Source of the DNA: Octopus sinensis
Taxonomy: Eukaryota
Direction of reading: 5' to 3'
NCBI RefSeq assembly: GCF_006345805.1
Contig: NC_043012.1
Coordinates: 30,442,001-30,506,000 of the forward strand
DNA: 64,000 nucleotides
This document shows positions 1-15,079 of this stretch, in pieces. Under the pieces are notes generated by a model. The model worked only from the letters and a program-made list of their open reading frames with translations. It did not search any database and had not been told where the DNA came from. Made by a program: the position numbers and the translations under genes. Each line of letters starts with the position of its first letter. Position 1 is the stretch's first letter.

Positions 1-459
1 TCCAACTCCTTTCATAAAAAAACATCATCCGTTCGCCCACCCAACCCCCAACTCTCACCCGGAACCTTTCTTTAGAAATTCAAAGAACAACAACAACAAC
101 AAAAGCAACAAAACTGAAATACAGCAACAACAAGAACAAGTGATAAGAATTAGTTTTTTTTTTAAAGAAAAGTGTTGGGGCTGGAGGAAAAGTTGTTGCA
201 CCTGTGGCTCTCGACTTGTCTAAGGCTGTCTCCTTCCTTCTTTCACACCCTCTCGTTCCCCTCCCCCTCCCTCTCTGTCCCTAACGAAACTTGAGTCATG
301 TCATTGGTTCTTTTTTTCCCCACTCTCTGCAGTTTTATTTTATTCTATTAAAACTCCATTCTCAACTCTTTGAGGACATAACAAGATCTTGGGAACCATC
401 ATTAATTCCTCATCTTTCCCCTCCATAACAATTTCCGTATTTTACTGTCTGTCTGTCTG

Positions 460-490
<31 letters not shown>

Positions 491-624
491 GTTTACGCAT
501 ACACATATACGCAATATATTATACATACACACGGATGTATAGTACATCTGCATAAACGCATGTATGTATATATGCATGTGTGATAGATATACACACGTAC
601 TTATATGTACACACACACACACAA

Positions 625-760
625 CTGGCTTCTTTCAGTTTCTGTCTACCAAATCCACTCACAAGGCTTTGGATGGCCCAAGGTGCCATGCAGTGCGACT
701 GAACCCGGAACCATGTGGCTGGGAAGCAAGCTTCTTACCACACAGCCACACCTGCGCCTA
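625..760 (-). mobile_element. tRNA-derived SINE, 5' part
   Basis: The minus strand reads GGCGCAGGTGTGGCTGTGTGGTAAGAAGC...GGTTCAGTCGC (A-box and B-box-like). The block GGCTTCTTTCAGTTTC(C/T)GTCTACCAAATCCACTC recurs at ~25955, with a more diverged copy at ~32530. Confidence 0.7.
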
Positions 761-2230
761 TATATGAATATATAAAGATATCTATATGCTTCCTGGCCTC
801 CTCAAACGCTTTCACTCCTCACTTTTGTTTGCCATCCAGCTCGATCCGAAGCAAGGGTTTCTATCATTATATATATATCAGAGTCGACTCCAGGTCATCA
901 GCGTGTTACTTGAAGGCTCTCTGACGCATGACCCCCCCCCCTCTGGTCTTTCAGACTTTCAAGAATTCCTCGTTCGAAAGACCACACTGACCATTTAGGT
1001 TTCTGACGTCAGTGAAACCTCAAGTAATGATCGTCGAAGTGAAATATGTTGGTATAAAACTTATTCACAACTCTACGACCCGTGTCGAGTGCGCGGTTTT
1101 TTCGCTGTAAGCTATGTTTCCATTCTGTCTGCCTGACTTTCTTCTTTGTTATCTATGTATACAAATGTCTGTTTGTGTGTGTTCATACATTTCTGTGCAT
1201 ATATACAATCACCCGAACACAGACATATACACACGCATTCACAGATATACACCCTCAGTGACTTGCACTTAACACGCACTGTTGAATTGCAAGTACATTT
1301 CGTGACTAAACGAAATGATTTTGCACACATACACACACACACACGCGCGCGCCTATTGTTGTTGCTGTCGTAGTTGTTGCTTATATTGTTTGTTGCAACA
1401 GTGATTGTCGTTGCTGCCACAGCAAAATGTTTGTTGTCAGAAATAACACAACTGCTGTTGATGCACCTATTGCACTGACTGTTAAGATCTTCGCTGTTCT
1501 ACTCTTTTCTCTTTCATCTCTTTATTAACCCTCCCCCCACTCTCGTCCCCCTTCTCTCTTCCCCTCTCTCCCTTCTCTCTCTTACTCTCTCCCACTCTCT
1601 CCCACTCTCTTCCCCTTCTTTCTCTCCTCCTTTCCCTCTCTCTCTGCTTCTGTTTCTCTTTCATATTCACACGCAGACACAATCCTTCTTTCGGTTCAGC
1701 ACCACCGCACAACCCTTTGATGTTTATTTAGCAATGTTGTCTTTGTTCTCCTCTTTCCTATAAAAAAAGAGTCCCTCCTTTCTTTAACACGTAGATTTAG
1801 CTTCTATTTTTAGCTGTCCTATAAGCCAAAGGTGTGTCCAGTTGTGTTCATCTCGTCTTTTACCTATTTTGCGACCCACTGGATAATATGCATTTCATTC
1901 ATTGCAAAACATGATGTAATATGAGGCAGATTTATCTCCTATTTCTATTAGATCGCATGTCACACAGACAGGCTCCATTTGCTTAAGTTTGCGGAACGAA
2001 CTCAACGATTAACTCCCTTTGTTGCTACAATAGACCATAAATAAACCGAAAGGTCGCCATGTTTGTCTATATAAGACCATTTCGGGTAAACTCCATCAAA
2101 CAACTCGATCCATATTGAGCGACAGACTTTTATGCTGCGCACGGGACTTTGTTTATACGCCCCTTCCTTCTTCTATTCCTTCCTTCCTTCCTTCCTTCCT
2201 TCCTTCCTTTCTTCCTTTCTTCCTTTCTTC

Positions 2231-2261
<31 letters not shown>

Positions 2262-2563
2262 TCCTTTCTTTCTTTCTTTCCATATCTCGTCTTTCACTCT
2301 GTGTAGGTATGCGTATGTGTGCACGTGTTCATAATGCATGCATGCATGCATACATACATACATACATACACACACACATACACAGACATACACACACACA
2401 TATATATAACCTATACTTACATGAATATATACTCATATATATAAATATGTACATACATATATACTCGTGTGTATGTTTATTTTTTTGAGCGTGTGTGTGA
2501 TGTCTGAGAGTGTATCTATGCGTATTTATATACATGTGTGTATATGTATAAGTGTATATATAC

Positions 2564-2595
<32 letters not shown>

Positions 2596-3245
2596 CATAC
2601 ACACACACACATATATATACACACATAAACACACACGTGTATATATACGCATATGTACATACATATACATAAACACACCTATATACACACATATGCATAA
2701 ACCCATATATACAAATGCACATGTCCGCCCCCCCCCCACACACACACATGGTCTCTGTTTCTTTTCGAGCCAATTAAGGAATAACAAACCAAGTCGAGAG
2801 AACTTGAGAAACAATACCGTTGACATTCGACTTCGTCAACTGAACTACCTCCTACCCTCTCCACCACGGCCACCACCAACGACATTACAATGACCACCCC
2901 ACCATCACTCCCCTCACAAACACCACAAGAGTCCCATAAATAAAACACTAGCCCTCTTCCCCACCCCCAGAAACTCTATTGTGCAATAAGAAGCTTTCAT
3001 GCGTTTGTCATTAATTTTATTTCTGTTGCTTTTTACTTTTCTTTTCTTCCCCCTCTTCTATCTTTGTTGTTGTTGTTGATGTCGTTGTTCTTCCACCTTG
3101 TTTGTCACCTCCTCCCACCTACTCTTTACTTCAAACCTTCTACTCTTCTTCGTCGTCCTCCTCCTCTCTCACTATGGTGTCAGCTAAGACTTGCTTATCT
3201 TATAGGGGTGGGGGTATTACCGTTCTCTGTTTCGATTCTCTAAAG

Positions 3246-3592
3246 CAGGGGTTCTCAACATTTTTTTTATCTGTGGATCCCCCTTGATTACTATTTTATT
3301 CTGGTGGACCCCCCACCATAGTCTTTCGATGTTTAAAAACTAGTTTTATAGAAACTTCTTTCAAAATTCCTATTTTGTTTTTCACACATTCTCATGTGTA
3401 GATTGAAATGTTAGAGAAAGAAACCCAGCTGTTTCTTGCAATACATACCAATACAAATATCTAAAGCGAAATTTTTTCAGGGTCCCATAAAATACTATCG
3501 TGGATCCTCGATTTTCTATTTTGTTGCATGGACCCCCAAAAATCTTGTATCGACCCTTAGGGGACCATATGGGCCTTAGTTGAGAACCACTG
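3246..3592. mobile_element. hAT-superfamily MITE (Charlie-like ends)
   Basis: TIRs CAGGGGTTCTCAAC / GTTGAGAACCACTG; 8-bp flanks CTCTAAAG (3238-3245) and CTCTAAAA (3593-3600); subterminal GGA(C/T)CCC motifs; no ORF. Confidence 0.85.
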
Positions 3593-4421
3593 CTCTAAAA
3601 GATTGTTTTTATATTTTCATCAGCAAGAATTATCTTCCGGAAGGGCATCTAGGCCACAAAATCCAACACCACCCATCTGTCTGTCTGTCTATCTATCCAT
3701 CCATCATCCTTCCATACATTCACACACACATGCATAAGGTAAGATCGGAACCTAGTGCCTGACTATATATTTTTGTTAATTTTTAATCGGCAGAAACTTT
3801 CAGAAGTAACTCAGCGGTCGAGAAATCGTTCCTTGTAAATGGAGAATTAACTCTTCCAGAAAACTTATAGTTTTATTCGTCATTCTCTCTTCCTCGCCAA
3901 ATTCTTCCCAAATATCTTTGGTCCTTATCACCGTCTCTGTCTTTTTCTCTCTCTCAATCTCAAAACATTTCATGAAATTATAACAGGAATCCTTCAACTG
4001 CAATACCATCTGTTATTCTTACGGGCAACTAATGAAATAAGAAAATTTTTAAGGAATCCATTATTAATGTAAATATTGAAAAAAAAATGTTACCAAATGC
4101 ATTTAATAAATTCTTAACGGTATGGAGATGTTTTGTCATGTGAACTAGTCGGCCATGTTTGATTCAAGTCGTCTGCTATGTTATTTGCGCTATCTTACTT
4201 CCGCTACGTTATTTCCGCTCTATTGTTAATACAAACATCGACTAGAGATGTGCGAGGAATGAGATTTAAAATAAATTTAGAGAGAGCTTCATGCGGATAA
4301 TGCAAACCGCAGATAATATAATGTACACACGCGCGCACATATTTGTCAAACATATTTGTATGTATTACTGAACACATATGTGTGTGTATGTGTTTGGGGT
4401 GTTGATGCTTGTGACCGTATG

Positions 4422-4473
<52 letters not shown>

Positions 4474-4550
4474 GTGTGTGTGTGTGTGTGTGTGTGTGTA
4501 TGCATGTATGTATATATATATATATGTATGTATGTATGTGTATATGTATG

Positions 4551-4584
<34 letters not shown>

Positions 4585-5102
4585 TGTATGTGTATATATA
4601 TATATATATAATATATCTCAAAGCGGATCTCAGTCTGAATAATGGCATTTCTGTAGGCCTGTTGGGTTTTATCTCACCTTTGTCCTATAACCAGTGCATG
4701 CACACTTCCAAACACGCACATACACACAGAGGAAGACAGCCATATAGAAGAATTTTACACTCCTGCCACCATATATATATATATATATATATATACAAAG
4801 TATGTATTGCGTAAACATAAATGCGCCCGCATTTGTTTATTTATCAGGTATTCCCACAGATAGTAGCCATTTTGGCTACACCCAAACTGTACTAAATATG
4901 TAAGCTTGCCTTCGTTGAATCCCAGGACCCGCGACAGAGCAACCAGTCCCGTGCTGGCTGGGGCTCACATTTGTTTTTTCGTTTTTCTCATAACATTGTT
5001 TTCTTGTTGTTCTTGTTGTTATTCTTGTACTCTGTTGTTGTTAGCGGGTCTGTCCCAACAGAGATGTTATAGAGTATATACATATGTGTATAGGTATGTA
5101 CG

Positions 5103-5174
<72 letters not shown>

Positions 5175-5734
5175 TATGTGCGTGAGTATGTGCGACTATA
5201 TATATGAATATATATATGTTTTTGTGTATATACATACATGTACATACATATATATATATGTGTGTATATACATATACAGATGAATATCTATATGTATTTA
5301 CATATGTAATATATATATATGCATATATAAATATATATGAGTGTGTGTATATTTATGTGTGTATATATATATGTCCGTGTGCATGTGTGTGTATACATAC
5401 GTATCTATGTATATATATGCACATATACACGCATATACATATATATATACACTCTCATAAACAAGCATATGTATATATATATATAATTATATATATGTAT
5501 TTATAAATATATATATTTACACACACGCACGCAGAGACACATATATATATATGTATATATATATCATATATATATGTATATATTTATACATATATTATAT
5601 ATATATATGCATATATATATATATATGTCTGTACATTCTTATATATATCCACATGATATAAATATGTGTGCATATATATACATATATATATATATATAAT
5701 ATATGTAATATATATATATATTATTATATATTAT

Positions 5735-5779
<45 letters not shown>

Positions 5780-5814
5780 AAAGGGTGGATATAATTAATT
5801 TAATAAAATTAATC

Positions 5815-5851
<37 letters not shown>

Positions 5852-5878
5852 ATCTTATATATATATCTATATATAATA

Positions 5879-5920
<42 letters not shown>

Positions 5921-7076
5921 GTCCACACACACAATATATAATGCGCATATCGGTTATTAACTCCACACTCCTGTAGCACCTACAATAAAATGACGGGATT
6001 TATTCCTTTCCATTTGTAAGAAAGGTTTTTTTGCTTCAAGTGTTGTTCGGTTTTCTTGTGATTCACTGATTCATGTTTCACTTCATAAAATTTACACCGC
6101 ACTGTCCTCCACTCACATGCTTATCTACGTTCACCGATACATGCACCCGCTTAATATGTAAATAGGCGTCTAAGCGCAGACATATGTTAACACACACACT
6201 GATATTTGTGAAGCAAGCTTATTTAAAATCCTTTGATTTCTGCGAAAAATATTTCCATGTGTTGAGTGGACAGAACACGTGTCGATATTCTGTGATGTTG
6301 TGTGTTTGTCTTACGCACACCATCCATGCTAACACTATCACACCAGCAGCATCACCGGCGCCAATACTAATACCGCAATCACTGCCGGCATCACGTGCCC
6401 TCCACCCTCGGTCACCGTCGCCTATGTGATCGTCGTCGTCGTCGTCATCATCATCATCATCATCATCACCATCAACACTGTCGTTACAACCTTCACTGCT
6501 ACCACGATACCATCACCACGCCCAACACCACCACATCCACCACCTTTCATGACTTCAACCGCCACCACCACCATCATCGCCGTTGTCAATCATCGTCATT
6601 ACCATCAACAATAACACCACCATCACCACCACCATCACCTCCACCATCCACGCCACCACTACCACCTACCCACACTATACCACCTCTACCAACAACTACT
6701 GTTGCTTGAACCAACGAGAACTCTACATGGCCATTGGACCTGCGGGAAATAGCAGCCAAATATTCCTGAAATCACACACTACTCTGTTATAGATAAGGAC
6801 GTTAGATAATGTAGTCTTGTGTTAGATACGTTGCATATAACAAACCACGGGATGGTCACGGCTGGAAAGCCTACAGTTATAGGATATGCCCACTCCGCTC
6901 TGATTTAGGGCTCAACAGCAATGGTAAACACCTATACTAACTCCTATGTTAGCACCACTTGTACTACCACCTACACTGTCACAATCAACACTGGCATCAC
7001 CCTCCACCCTCGTCGTCATCGTTGTCATCATCAACATAATCATCAATCCTAACACCGAAATCCATTACCATCAGTC

Positions 7077-7110
<34 letters not shown>

Positions 7111-7246
7111 TAATCGCCGCCGCTGCCGCCGTCGTCTCGTCATCATCATCACCATCGGCATGGTCGTCTTCGTTATCGTCGTCGACGTCGTTTTCTGTTG
7201 CAGTTATATTCTCTTTGTACTGAGACAGTGTGTGTATGTGTGTGTT

Positions 7247-7309
<63 letters not shown>

Positions 7310-7396
7310 TGTGTGGTGGTGTGTGTCTGATCATGTCAGAAAAAAGGTCAAAGGCGCCTTTCCCGCAGAAACTCTCATTCCTTCTGTGTGCGTGTG

Positions 7397-7427
<31 letters not shown>

Positions 7428-7879
7428 AAGTAGTGTTTCTCTTGTCTTTTTCAGTTTCAATTTTCTCCTTTATTTTAGCTTTTTTTATTTTAATTTTAGA
7501 ATGTTTAATGTTTTTCTTTTTTATTTTACTGAAGTTTGATATTCTGAGAACTTTTATACTTGCATTTATTCTTTACTTGGGAATATCGCGGAACCACCAC
7601 CACCACCACCACCACCACCACCACCACCACCACCACCACCTCTACAACAACACTTTCAAGAACAATGAACAACTTGTATGTGTGTGTGTGTATATTATAT
7701 ATACATATATACATATACACACACGCATATATGTAAGTGTATATAGACATATACATATACATATATATATATAATATATAAGGTAAGTTGTATGTATATG
7801 GGTACTTTATGTACTTTATGCATATATATGTATATTATATACATATATACATGTATATATATATATATGTGCATATATA

Positions 7880-7958
<79 letters not shown>

Positions 7959-7977
7959 TTGTGTGTGGGTTGTGTAA

Positions 7978-8294
7978 AGGCGCGTGGATTAGTGGTTAGG
8001 GCATTCTGCTCACGATCGTATGGTCGTGAGTTCAATTCCCGGCGGCGCGTTGTGTCCTTGAGCATGACGCTTTATTTCACGTTGCTTCAGTCCACTCAGG
8101 TGGCAAAAATGATTAGTACCTGTATTTCAAAGGGCCGGCCTTGTCACACTGTGTGTCACGCTGAATCTCCCTGAGAACTACGTTAAGGGTACACGTGTCT
8201 TTTGAGTGCTCAGCCACTTGCACGTTGATTTCACGTACAAGCTATTCCGTTGATCGTATCAGCTGGGACCCTCGTCGTCGCAACTGACGGAGTG
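7978..8294 (+). mobile_element. tRNA-derived SINE, near full length
   Basis: A box TGGATTAGTGG (7985-7995) and B box GAGTTCAATTCCC (8028-8040), followed by TGTGTCCTTGAGCA core-like sequence. Confidence 0.8.
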
Positions 8295-8419
8295 ATAAAT
8301 ATAAATAATTTTATTTTATTTTTGCTGGCAGGTATTTAAGAATGTAACTGGAGGGCTGTAAGTGGCCTGCCATGCACAATATTCTCGTTTTTTTTTTATG
8401 TAACTTTAGCCTCCAGCCA

Positions 8420-9130
8420 TCGATTAAAAAATGCATATCTACTCATGGACTAAGTTGCATTCCTTCTGTCTACTCCACGAAACCTCTTGGGTTTGGCATG
8501 ACTTGATAAGCTTTCTCCATACTGAATAGTTTTTCACTTGGGTTTGCCATTTATGATCAATTTGCTTTCCACTTCATATTCCTTTTTGCTTTTCCTTTGA
8601 AACTCGGTCTTCCACGGTTTCTTTTCTTCTAGCATGGTTGGGAGTAAAGAGTTTGTCTGGGGAGTCTGTTGTTGTCCATCCTGTGTATGTGACCCAACCA
8701 ACGTGAATTTCTATAAGTGAGGATTTCCATCATAGGAGGCAGACCAACATGCCGTAGGATCTCTTCATTCCTGATCATGTCTAAGAGAGGGATTTTCATA
8801 ATTTGTCGCAACTGTTTAATCATATCTGCATGTCACATGTCTACACGAGCTGTTCAGCTTTCAGCTCCATACGGCATGGAAGAAGAAAGCCTGCTATAAT
8901 GTGCGTGTGGGCGAGTCTGCATGAGTGTGTGCTTTGCGTGTGTGCTTATATTGGTATATACACACACAACATACAGGCCCACACACAACACTGTGAAACA
9001 CTTGGCAGAATAAAACGCATTCGCTTTCCCTGCAATGTCGAGTGAACATCAAGCTCATCTATGATGACTTGGTCACGTGCACAACATGGACTGAATTTGC
9101 ACCCCCAAGAATCCTACCCAACAGGTCATT
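8420..9130 (-). mobile_element. RTE-clade LINE, decayed 3' end of ORF2
   Basis: Minus-strand fragments IAGKA, PYGAES, LRQIMKIPLLDMIRNEEILRHVGLP and RWLGHIHRMDNNRLPRQTLY match the RTE RT C-terminal/thumb region; stops and frameshifts present. Confidence 0.8.
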
Positions 9131-9737
9131 TTTCTCTCGGGTATAAGGATACATGCGAAATAGGACAAGACGTATTAAATAGTGTCAGGAGTGCATTGCA
9201 CCTTATATCCTGGGTTGATCATTCTACGAACGCAGGAATGCAAAACGTGGCCGACGGTCGAGATTGGTTTCGGACACCAAACTGACAAAAGAAAAAAATG
9301 TGAATGTTTAAGCACAAAATGATGTTATGTTAGTTTGTGTGGACAGCAGTTAGGATTGGGTTTGTCAGAGCATCTGTCAGCATGTTTCGGAAATGGTACA
9401 TATACACGTTTCTCAGCCAATTTAGCTTCCTTTTCAAAGCAGATTCCTTCGTCTTCAAAAAGATGTAGAAAATTTAGCATATACGGAACGAGTTCAGAAC
9501 AGTCGAAATCTCTTCATCTCGGCCCCTCCCCCCTCTCCCTCCATCTAATCTATATCTGCACACACGCACATTTGCGCGCGAACACACAAACACACACATA
9601 CACACATACAACAGCTATATATATATATATATATATTCCTCTATCTCCGAGCATGTATGTTTATACATATACATGTAAACATGTATATGCATATGTATGC
9701 ATACATATACGCACATATATACACAAAAGCATATACA

Positions 9738-9788
<51 letters not shown>

Positions 9789-10216
9789 ACATATGTATAT
9801 ACATATAGATGTATGTACAATTACCGCTATTTGACGCACACGCGCACCATGGCTTCACTTATTCCAATTAAAACAAACAAATATGGCGGATGAACGTGGT
9901 GACAGAACGCTGCTCTCCGCCTCTGAGGCGCACACGCATAGTCTCTCTCTCTCTCTCTCTCTCTCACAACTCTCTCTCTCTCTCTCACACTCTCTCTCTC
10001 TCTCACTCTCTCTCTCTCTCACTCTCTCTCTCTCTCTCACTCTCTCTCTCTCACTCTCTCTCTCTCTCTCTCACTCACACGCAGGTATAAACACGCTGTC
10101 AAAATAACAACAGAATTTATGACGAAAGTGAATGTTGATATACAGGGTTCCGGCTGTGTTCTATTAATGACCAACTTGAAGGCATCAAGACAACAACAGA
10201 TAGACAGATTATATAA

Positions 10217-10283
<67 letters not shown>

Positions 10284-10445
10284 ATATATTATATATATAT
10301 AATATACATATGTGTATATATATATTACATATATATATTACATATATATAGTATATTTATAGGGGGGGAGAGAGAGATAAGTGATGGATGAGAGCGATAT
10401 ATATGTTTATATATGCATTTATGTATATGTATATGCGTGTGTATA

Positions 10446-10490
<45 letters not shown>

Positions 10491-10602
10491 AAATATGCTT
10501 ATATACATACATATATATGTGTATATGCATACAATATGTGATTTACTCGACTAAAGGTGATGCTCCAGTATGGCCACAGTCACATGACTGAAACAAGTAA
10601 AA

Positions 10603-10639
<37 letters not shown>

Positions 10640-11132
10640 TATATATGACGGACTAGTCGCGACTGGAATGCTTCTAATCACAAGATTACTCGATTAGAAG
10701 TCTAACCTATGGCTCAAGGTTATTATAATCCTCGCCGATAACCACAAACAGCAGATTATGGGGCCACCACCACCACTACTAATCACCACCACCCGCTTTC
10801 GCCTCCCCAATTGTACTTTGGAATATAGATTCCAGCTGAAAGCCTGATCCATGGGATCTCGTTTATTGTTTTTATTTTGCTATTCTTCCGACGCACATAT
10901 AGAAAGAGAGAGTGACACCACACACGGCAGATGTGGCAGGTTGAGCGGAAGAAAGTGGCCAGCTGGAGCATATTGAGGCCGTGTTACCCGTAGTTATTTG
11001 GGAAACGTTGTTTCTATTGTTGACTTTTTAAGTCAGCGATTTCCAACTGCTATGTGTGTGTGTGTGTGTGTGTGTGTGTTGATGTCTATGTTTCGTGTGT
11101 GACCTTATCTAAATATCTCTGCCTGTTACACA

Positions 11133-11172
<40 letters not shown>

Positions 11173-11763
11173 GTGTCGGCATGTATGTGTATGTGTGTCT
11201 GCTTTTGTCCTGTCCATTTGGTGTACATATGGTTTGTATATAAGTGGGCGCAGGGAAGCTGACATCAAAAGGGAGAGAGAGAGAGAGAGAGCGGAAGAGA
11301 GAGAGAGAGAGGAGGAGAGAGAGAAATATGAGGATAAGCAGGAATATGGAGTGAGAGAGAGAGAGGGGGCGCGAGAAAATAAAGCGATGGAAAGAAAGCA
11401 CACAAGAACAATAAACTTGACAATTTCATATTAAATTTTCTTTGATCGAAAAATATGTCGTCTCAGCTGAATTGGTCGATATTATTCCCTTCTTCCCTAT
11501 CTACCCACTCACCTACCTACTTACCTACCTACCTACCTACCAACCTACGTTGAACTTCCTTTACCTGTACTGTAAATTTTCAAGGTTTCAAAACCACCCC
11601 ACAGGGAGTGTTTGTATTATAATTGCAATGATAATACCAATTAACACAGTATAAGACACTCTTCCATACGTATGCTAAGTACCCGAAAGCTCTGTTGCAC
11701 ATACAAAAACGCTCATATACATATACAAATATGCATATATAAGTATATGTACACATATGTATA

Positions 11764-12636
11764 CAAGGTCTAATCAATAAGTATCCGGACTGTTGCTATA
11801 GTAACGAAGCTAAAGTACGCAAAGTGAAGCTGTTTGGCAACGATTGACCTTGAGCTCTGTTGTGCATGCGCACTAAGTTTTAATGTTCTAGCTCATTTCC
11901 GCTGTTTACAGCAGTGCTTGGAAGGAAGGTGTGCAGCGTGTGATCGTCGCATTGACGAGAAAGTTGTCATGGCGACATCTGCCCAGAGGCCTACGCAAAT
12001 TTGCAGAAAGTGTATGAAGAGGAGTGTATGAGCCGCACACAAGTGTACGAGTGGTTGAGACGTTTACTAGATAGCCGAAAAAATGTCGATATTGACTAAC
12101 GTTCTGGAAGACCCGCAGCCAGCAGAACTGAGGAAAATATTGCAGATGTGCGTGCAACTGTGAGGGAAATCGTCGAATCACCATCCGTGAGTTATCAGAG
12201 GATGTGCAGATTAGTTACGGTTCAGTTCAGTCCAATATCACTGAAGATTTGGGTATGAGATGCGTGTCTGCTAAGTTTGTACTCAAGTGCTTTCAGCTGA
12301 CCAAAAGGACATTCGGGTTTCACTTGCACAAGATCTTAATTGTTCGAAAAGAATGAAAACTTTTTGAGAACTTTGCGTGTGCCTCTGAGCAGCTATCACC
12401 AAGCGTTTGGCAAAATTTGATACTGATTCTCTGCTCAACTTTCACTGTCATGCTCAATGCGACGATCACACGCTACACACCTTCCTTCCAAGCACTGCTG
12501 TAAACAACGGAAGTGAGTTAGAACGTTAAAACTTAGTGTACATGCACAGCAGAGATCAAGGTCAAGCGGTTTCCCTCTGTGCGATTATAGCTTCGTTACT
12601 GTAGCAAGAGTTCAGATACTTTTTGATCAGACCACG
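11764..12636 (+). mobile_element. Internally deleted mariner-type element with ~200-bp terminal inverted repeats
   Basis: TA at 11762-11763, then CAAGGTCTAATCAATAAGTATCCGGACTG. 12436-12636 is the reverse complement of 11764-11966. The interior encodes a broken transposase N-terminus (MSRTQVYEW, RSGRP, RRITIRELSEDVQISYGSVQ, VSAKFV). Confidence 0.85.
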
Positions 12637-12703
12637 CACGTATACATGCATGCACATACATTTACATAAACCTAAGTGCATACATATATACATACATACA
12701 TAC

Positions 12704-12734
<31 letters not shown>

Positions 12735-12763
12735 CAATATATACACTATATATAATATATATA

Positions 12764-12808
<45 letters not shown>

Positions 12809-14064
12809 GTGTGTTATACAATATATATATTATATTAAATATACTGTTATATCTATATATATGCATATCATATATATATATACAATATATATACTATATA
12901 TATATCCAATATATATACATATACAATATATATCTACAATATATATACACAGATTTATATATATATATACGCATACATATACATATATACATACATACAC
13001 ACATATTACACATAGATAGATAGATAGATGATACATACATACAAGACGGGGGAAATAGGAAATGGATGGAGATGAAGAAAGAATATATCACGTGTGTGTG
13101 TGTGTTCGTAGACGTCATTATGCGTTCGTGTATAATGTGTGTGAGGAAGAGAAAGAAGAGGAGGTGATTGTGATAGGTAGATAGATAACAAATGTCGATG
13201 ACATTTCACGGTGCGTATGAGAGTGTGTGCGCGCGCGTGCGTGTGTCACTGCTTAAGTGAGGCTACGTTCCATTACGATCCGTCTGCTATCATCATCAGA
13301 GAGGTTAAAGATAATATGAGAGAGGATTAGCTGCATCCTTTAATCACACTCTAAACTCTATGTAACCGAAAACTTCCGTATCAAATCTATGTTGAAATGA
13401 GACATGTCATGTAGTACATATGTCTGGCAGTCGAGAGCGTCGCTGATTATTCTCGAATGATCCACCAAACAGGGTTTTGATGACACACGCATGGTTGGCC
13501 GATAATTGATCATCGACATTTTTTTTATATGCCCGTGTAGTTTACAAGCTTACCTCGTAGGCACGCGGTTTTCGGTTCAATCCGACAGCGTGACATCTTG
13601 GACAAAGTGTCTTCTACTGTAACTTCTATCCGACCAAAGACTTGGGGATGGATTTCGTTTACAGACGGCCCATTGTGTGTGTGTGTGTGTGTGGTTATTA
13701 TACATCTAAATTTGCCAGTCTCCGCCGAGTTCCCCCAAGGTCTGTCCTATCCACGACACGGACAGTAATAGAATACTTTAGAAAAGAGAGAGAGCGTTGC
13801 ATTCAGCAGTTTCGGTCCTATATTAGTCCAAAGTGCCAAGAAGGGGTTCTGTGAGTAGCGGAGAGATTTTTCCTCCGAACAAAACAACACAAAAACAAAT
13901 AATAGAATACAAGAAAGAGAGGATCTCAAAATCCGTTGGGAAAATTCCTTTAAAGTCAATGTAACCCTTGAAGTTTCTGCCTGCTCCATAGTTCAGTGAC
14001 ACCACCTTTTATACAAATAATGATGCTGAAATGTTCAAGAAATTAATATTGTTGGTAGTGGGGT

Positions 14065-14162
<98 letters not shown>

Positions 14163-14434
14163 ATATATATACCATATATACAACATATCTATAATATAAA
14201 TTGGATATGGGCGATCGTTGTATTCTTTCTTGTATACACACACACACACACACACACATATACATACACACGCACGTCCTGAGATATTGAAAAAAGTAAC
14301 CAAATACTCAGTTTGACTTAAGCTCAACGCTGACGCAATACCGTAATATATACTCGCACACACACACACACACATACACACAACACTTTCACACGTAAGT
14401 GTAACGTAGACACACACTCCTACGTAAGTATACA

Positions 14435-14498
<64 letters not shown>

Positions 14499-15079
14499 TT
14501 TATATATATATGTGCATGCATACGCGCACACACACATAATTGCATGAACAAACACATCTATTTATTCTCGTATGCTTGTCATGGTGCATTAATGTTAACT
14601 CCTGCACATTCCCGTTGCTAATAATAACTTCCAGACCAATGAAATACATTTAAAACTTATTTACAATTATTTTCAAGTATAGCTTGATGCAGTTGTTTAT
14701 GTCACCGACGTCTAAAATTGGCGCCGCGTTGACTTGAAATGCAATGCGCTTTCTTAGCAAAAGAAGACGTCACCATTCTTATAGAGACAAGTTTATTGAC
14801 ATCAATTTTCCTTCTGTAAACAATTCTGTTGTTCCTGTTGTATTAATGAGATGCTCACACTTTAAAAATTTTACGGTGAAGATCAAGTATCTGGGTAAGT
14901 CTGTTAGCAGTAAAAGTAAAAGAAATGTGACGTTTCGGAGCGTCCCCCGTCATCCTAGAGAAATATACACACATACACACACACACACACATATACATAT
15001 ATACACAACTACAACTGCCACAGCTGCTGCCAGTAAAGGCACTCACCATCCATTATTCATATTCCATATTTTCTTTCTT

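Noticed and set aside
4822-4905. MRPHLFIYQ|gtattc, or a small exon ending in gtaagc
   Set aside because: The same bases read equally well as an acceptor; too short to support either reading.
9330-9520. Protein-looking open frame on the minus strand (DFDCSELVPYMLNFLHLFEDEG...CCPHKLT*)
   Set aside because: No start codon, purine-rich upstream sequence without an acceptor, and no family recognised.
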